Assembly (NCBI GenBank): GCA_027623205.1
Contig: JAQBYC010000001.1
Span: 121 to 64,120 of the forward strand
Direction of reading: 5' to 3'
Length of the DNA: 64,000 bases
Source: Pseudomonadota bacterium
Lineage (GTDB): Bacteria > Pseudomonadota > Alphaproteobacteria > GCA-2731375
The position numbers were made by a program, and so were the translations under genes. The notes beneath the pieces are model-generated. The model was not told the origin of the DNA. It saw only the letters and a program-made list of their open reading frames with translations, and did not search any database. Of this stretch, positions 60,476-64,000 are shown piece by piece; position 1 is the first letter of the stretch, and each line of letters starts with the position of its first letter.

Positions 60476-61879
60476 ATGAGATTCACGATTGCCATTGTCG
60501 GCCGGCCCAACGTGGGCAAATCGACGCTATTCAACCGTCTGGTAGGCAAGCGTCTGGCTCTGGTTGATGACCAGCCCGGCGTAACCCGCGACCGGCGCGA
60601 AGGCGACGGCCGCATCGCTGCACTGCGCTTTCGGCTGTTCGACACCGCCGGCCTGGAAGACGCCGACGCGGCTAGCATGGAAGGGCGCATGCAGCGCCAG
60701 ACCGAAACCGCCCTGGATGACGCCGATTTGGCCTTGATGTTGATCGACGGCCGGGCCGGGGTCACCCCGTTGGATCGTCATTTCGCCGGTTGGCTGCGGC
60801 GGCGCAACCTGCCCGTGCTGCTGTTAGCCAATAAGTGCGAAGGTGCGGCCGGAGATTTGGGTCTGGCCGAGTCCTGGTCTCTGGGTCTTGGCGAACCCAT
60901 CGCTGTATCCGCCGCCCACGGGGAAGGTCTGGTCCCGCTGCATGACCGAATCCTGGCTGTCATGGAAGATCACGCGGCACGGACCCATCCCGCCGCCGCG
61001 GGCGCCGGAGATGCCGGTTCGGATCTAGACGAAATCGGTGAAACCAATGATGACGACGACGATTTTGATCCCATATTGCAGCTCGCTATTTTGGGGCGGC
61101 CCAATGCCGGCAAATCTACCCTGGTCAACCGCCTGTTGGGCGAAGAGCGGCAGATCACCGGACCGGAACCGGGCCTGACCCGTGATGCCATCGGTATTGC
61201 CTGGCAGTGGCGGGACCAGCCTGTCCGCCTGATCGACACCGCCGGGTTGCGCAAACAGGCAAATGTCAGCGGCAAATTGGAAAAATTGGCGGCCGACGAC
61301 GCGATCCGGGCCATGGAATATGCGCAGGTCGTGGTTTTATTGCTGGATGCCCGCGCCCCACTGGAACGCCAGGATTTGACCATCGCCCGGCGCACCTTGG
61401 AGGAAGGCCGGGCCTTGATCGTCGCGGCCAACAAATGGGATCTGATCACCGACCGCCGTGCCGCAATGGGTCAGCTGCGCGACCGCCTGGATACTTCGTT
61501 AACCCAGGCCCGGGGCGTGCCTGTTGTGACCCTTTCGGCCTTGACCGGCCAGGGGGTGGAGAAATTGATGCCGGCGGTGACGAAAATCTATCGGCACTGG
61601 CAACACCGCATTTCCACGGCAGCCCTGAACCGCTGGCTGAAAGATATGACGGAAAGCCATCCCCCGCCATTGGGGCAACATGGCCGGCGTATTCGCCTGC
61701 GTTATATGACCCAGGCTAAAACCCGGCCACCAACCTTTGTCATTTTTTCCAACCTGCCTGACCTGCCGGATGCCTATACGCGTTACCTGCAAAACGGACT
61801 GCGGGAAAAATTTGACCTGCCGGGCGTACCCCTGCGCATCTTTCTGCGCCAATCGGACAACCCCTACGCCAAGGATTAG
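60476..61879 (+). CDS. der: Ribosome biogenesis GTPase Der (EngA)
   Basis: Two tandem GTPase domains (GRPNVGKST and GRPNAGKST) plus a KH-like C-terminus. Confidence 0.9.
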   Translation: MRFTIAIVGRPNVGKSTLFNRLVGKRLALVDDQPGVTRDRREGDGRIAALRFRLFDTAGLEDADAASMEGRMQRQTETALDDADLALMLIDGRAGVTPLDRHFAGWLRRRNLPVLLLANKCEGAAGDLGLAESWSLGLGEPIAVSAAHGEGLVPLHDRILAVMEDHAARTHPAAAGAGDAGSDLDEIGETNDDDDDFDPILQLAILGRPNAGKSTLVNRLLGEERQITGPEPGLTRDAIGIAWQWRDQPVRLIDTAGLRKQANVSGKLEKLAADDAIRAMEYAQVVVLLLDARAPLERQDLTIARRTLEEGRALIVAANKWDLITDRRAAMGQLRDRLDTSLTQARGVPVVTLSALTGQGVEKLMPAVTKIYRHWQHRISTAALNRWLKDMTESHPPPLGQHGRRIRLRYMTQAKTRPPTFVIFSNLPDLPDAYTRYLQNGLREKFDLPGVPLRIFLRQSDNPYAKD

Positions 61880-61914
61880 TCGATCGCAGGCGGCACCGAC
61901 AAATGCGTCAACGC

Positions 61915-63549
61915 CTATTTGGCCGGCCGGTTCCGCCCCGGAATGATGACCGGCCACGGATCGGGCGTTTTGGGAAAGGGCACTTCAATCACGGTAGGAA
62001 CCGTCTGTCTGAAGGCGTTGGGCAATATCCTGGCCAGCGCTTCGGGGGTTTCCGCACGGTAGGCGGCGCAGCCAAAGCTTTCGGCCATGGCGACAAAATC
62101 CGGATTGGTCAAATCGGAGGCGATGGTGCGGCCATCATAGAGGTTTTCCTGCATGCGGCGGACGTTACCGTAAGCGCCGTCGGCGAAGACGACGGCGACA
62201 ACGGCTACGTTGTATTTCACCGCCGTCGCCAACTCCTGTACATTGTACATGAAGCCCCCATCGCCGTTGATGGACAAGACCTGACGATCCGGGTTGGCGA
62301 TCTTGGCGCCGATGGCAGTGGCCAGGCCGCAGCCCAGAGTGCCCTGGTAGGCCGAGGTTAGAAAGCTACGCGGCCGATAAACAGGCATCGCGACGCGGGA
62401 AACATAGCCAACCTGGGTCAGTTCGTCGACGAAGATGCCATCGTCGTCCAGTGCGTCACGCAGCACCTTGATCCAGGCCATTTGCGGGCCCAGGCGATCC
62501 AGCAACATGGCCTGCACCTCACCCTGCAAGGCGACCAGTTCATCCTCGCGCGAGGCGCGGCTGGGGGCCTGCTTCCCCACCGCATCCACCAACGCCGGCA
62601 TAATATCCCGGGCATCGCCAACCATGGCAACGTCCGGCGTGGCGATACGCTTGATCTCTACGGGGTCAATGTCCACATGAATGATCTTCAGGTTTTCATC
62701 GGTGCCCCAGTTCATGCGTGGCGGTTGTAGCCGGGTGCCCACCGCCAGCACCACATCCGCCGAGGCCCAGAGGCGATGGCCGGCTAATTGGGTCATGGAC
62801 AGATAGTGGCGGTCGGAAAGGATACCGCGGCCGGTTCGATTGGCGATCACCGGGGCCTGCAACATTTCCGCCAAAGCCTGCACCGCCTCTCCACTCGCCA
62901 CGGCGCCGCCGCCCACGAAGATCATCGGCGCCTTCGCATCCGCCAACAAGGCGGCCGCCTTGGCCAGGGCATCTTCATCCACGGGTGGACGGGCATAATC
63001 GGTAACGGCCGGCAACAGATCGACGTTGGCGGGCTGGGCCAGTTGATCCAGAGGCATTTCGATCGCCACAGGTTGGGGCCGGCCCGTCCGCAATTGTCGA
63101 AAGGCCTCTGCGACCTTGCCCGGCGCATCGGTGGGATGATGGATCCGCGCCGCCCATTTGGTCAGGCCGCCCAGGATCGAAAGTTGGTCCGGAAGTTCGT
63201 GCAACATGCCATGACCCCGGCCAATATAGGCGGACGGGATCTGCCCCGTAACGCACAGCACCGGCACGTTGGCGGCCCATGACGTACTCAAGGCCGCCGT
63301 GGTGTTCAAAACCCCCGGCCCCGGCACCACTGCGAAAGCGCCGACTTTGCCCGTCGACTGCGCGTAGCCATGGGCCATATAGGCGACGCCCTGTTCGTGG
63401 CGGCTGTTTATCACCCTGATATTATTGCCCTCGTCGTGCAGCGCGTTGAAAAACCAGTCCAGTTGCACCCCGGGCAGGCCGAAAATGGTGTCGACGCCAT
63501 GGGCGATAATGGATTTCACCAGGGCTTGGCCGCCAGTCATACGGGTCAT
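61915..63549 (-). CDS. Thiamine-pyrophosphate-dependent enzyme (acetolactate synthase large subunit-like)
   Basis: 544 aa with N-terminal TPP-Pyr, central and C-terminal TPP-PP domains; GDGGF..N TPP-binding motif (INGDGGFMYN). Confidence 0.75.
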   Translation of the reverse strand: MTRMTGGQALVKSIIAHGVDTIFGLPGVQLDWFFNALHDEGNNIRVINSRHEQGVAYMAHGYAQSTGKVGAFAVVPGPGVLNTTAALSTSWAANVPVLCVTGQIPSAYIGRGHGMLHELPDQLSILGGLTKWAARIHHPTDAPGKVAEAFRQLRTGRPQPVAIEMPLDQLAQPANVDLLPAVTDYARPPVDEDALAKAAALLADAKAPMIFVGGGAVASGEAVQALAEMLQAPVIANRTGRGILSDRHYLSMTQLAGHRLWASADVVLAVGTRLQPPRMNWGTDENLKIIHVDIDPVEIKRIATPDVAMVGDARDIMPALVDAVGKQAPSRASREDELVALQGEVQAMLLDRLGPQMAWIKVLRDALDDDGIFVDELTQVGYVSRVAMPVYRPRSFLTSAYQGTLGCGLATAIGAKIANPDRQVLSINGDGGFMYNVQELATAVKYNVAVVAVVFADGAYGNVRRMQENLYDGRTIASDLTNPDFVAMAESFGCAAYRAETPEALARILPNAFRQTVPTVIEVPFPKTPDPWPVIIPGRNRPAK

Positions 63550-63606
63550 GGGTAACTCCAGTATTGCCTAATCTATTGGGTAAGCCTAGCACGGCTTGGG
63601 CCGGTC

Positions 63607-63876
63607 TCAATCACAGACTTCAAGCAATTCACCATGCAATAAGGTGGCCAGGGCGCCGGCTAGATCCCGTCCAATGGTATCGGCGGGGGTCTCGGGAAAA
63701 GCCTCGGCAAATAGTAGCAGCAATTCCGCTTCACTGGCCGGTTCCTCCAGGGCGCGCCAGATCGACATGGCCAGCCGGTCCAGATGAAACATGTCGCCGC
63801 TGTCGCCGGCGATCAGGAACAGTTCGTCCTCGACCGGGGTTTCGTTGATCCCGGGGCGCCGGCGGTATCGGCTCAT
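63607..63876 (-). CDS. PqqD family protein (RiPP recognition element / peptide chaperone-like)
   Basis: 89 aa; NETPVEDELFLIAGD...SIWRALEE...FAEAFPETPADTIGRDLAGALATLLHGELLEV parallels the PqqD pattern ...LNETAAAILELVDG...FPEAGGVDDDVVEFLQ; ATGA overlap with an upstream minus-strand gene. Confidence 0.7.
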   Translation of the reverse strand: MSRYRRRPGINETPVEDELFLIAGDSGDMFHLDRLAMSIWRALEEPASEAELLLLFAEAFPETPADTIGRDLAGALATLLHGELLEVCD

Positions 63877-64000
63877 GGGCTTTCCCGACCGTCGAATTGG
63901 CTAATAACCGTATCGGCGGCCTCGAACGCAGAGGCATAGCGCAGTTGCCAGATGCCGACGGCTTGGGCCAAACGAACACAGGCGGACAGTTCCCCCTGTT
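63877..64000 (-). CDS. 3'-terminal fragment of an unidentified gene translationally coupled to the PqqD-family gene (truncated by window edge)
   Basis: Open frame to the window edge encoding ...QGELSACVRLAQAVGIWQLRYASAFEAADTVISQFDGRESP-stop, with TGA overlapping the PqqD ATG. Confidence 0.4.

Noticed and set aside
63607-63876. PqqD-like gene as part of a canonical pqqABCDE operon
   Set aside because: The downstream neighbour is a TPP-dependent enzyme, not the radical-SAM PqqE, and no PqqA, B or C is visible inside the window. It is kept as a finding of a non-canonical context rather than annotated as pqqD.
1-64000. CRISPR arrays, integrase/transposase genes, phage structural genes, restriction-modification or toxin-antitoxin pairs
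   Set aside because: No regularly spaced direct repeats with unique spacers were found. The only repeats are dispersed single copies. No ORF shows integrase, transposase or phage hallmark motifs.

Overview
This 64-kb window is a chromosomal segment of a high-GC (about 64%) alphaproteobacterium, probably Rhodospirillales-like. It carries roughly 58 protein-coding genes, one tRNA-Ala(CGC) and no rRNA or CRISPR array. The housekeeping blocks are clear: the phoR-pstSCAB-phoU-phoB phosphate regulon, the petABC cytochrome bc1 operon, mtnP-apt, asd, ilvD, zapE, trmL, yggT, and the yfgM-like/bamB/der cluster. Interspersed are several accessory-looking catabolic clusters: two PhyH dioxygenases, a BVMO, a HisD-paralog operon next to a single-chain BC-BCCP-CT acyl-CoA carboxylase, two acyl-CoA ligases, and a CoA-transferase/MmgE-PrpD/amidase set. 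Three small low-GC islets stand out: a secreted Cys-rich HExxH protein, an arsR-ACR3 arsenite module, and an orphan single-pass membrane protein. The most striking non-genic signal is an AT-rich MITE/REP-like dispersed repeat of about 65-130 bp, present in at least 8 intergenic copies, with terminal inverted repeats and two internal hairpins. Several copies overlap or supply the TAG stop codons of flanking genes. A second, unrelated 44-66 bp exact repeat occurs twice, next to repeat copies flanking the pho regulon. At the 3' edge of the window a PqqD-family peptide-binding protein, translationally coupled to a truncated upstream gene, sits next to a TPP-dependent enzyme rather than a radical-SAM PqqE. 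This suggests a non-canonical RiPP/PQQ-like cluster that continues beyond the window.
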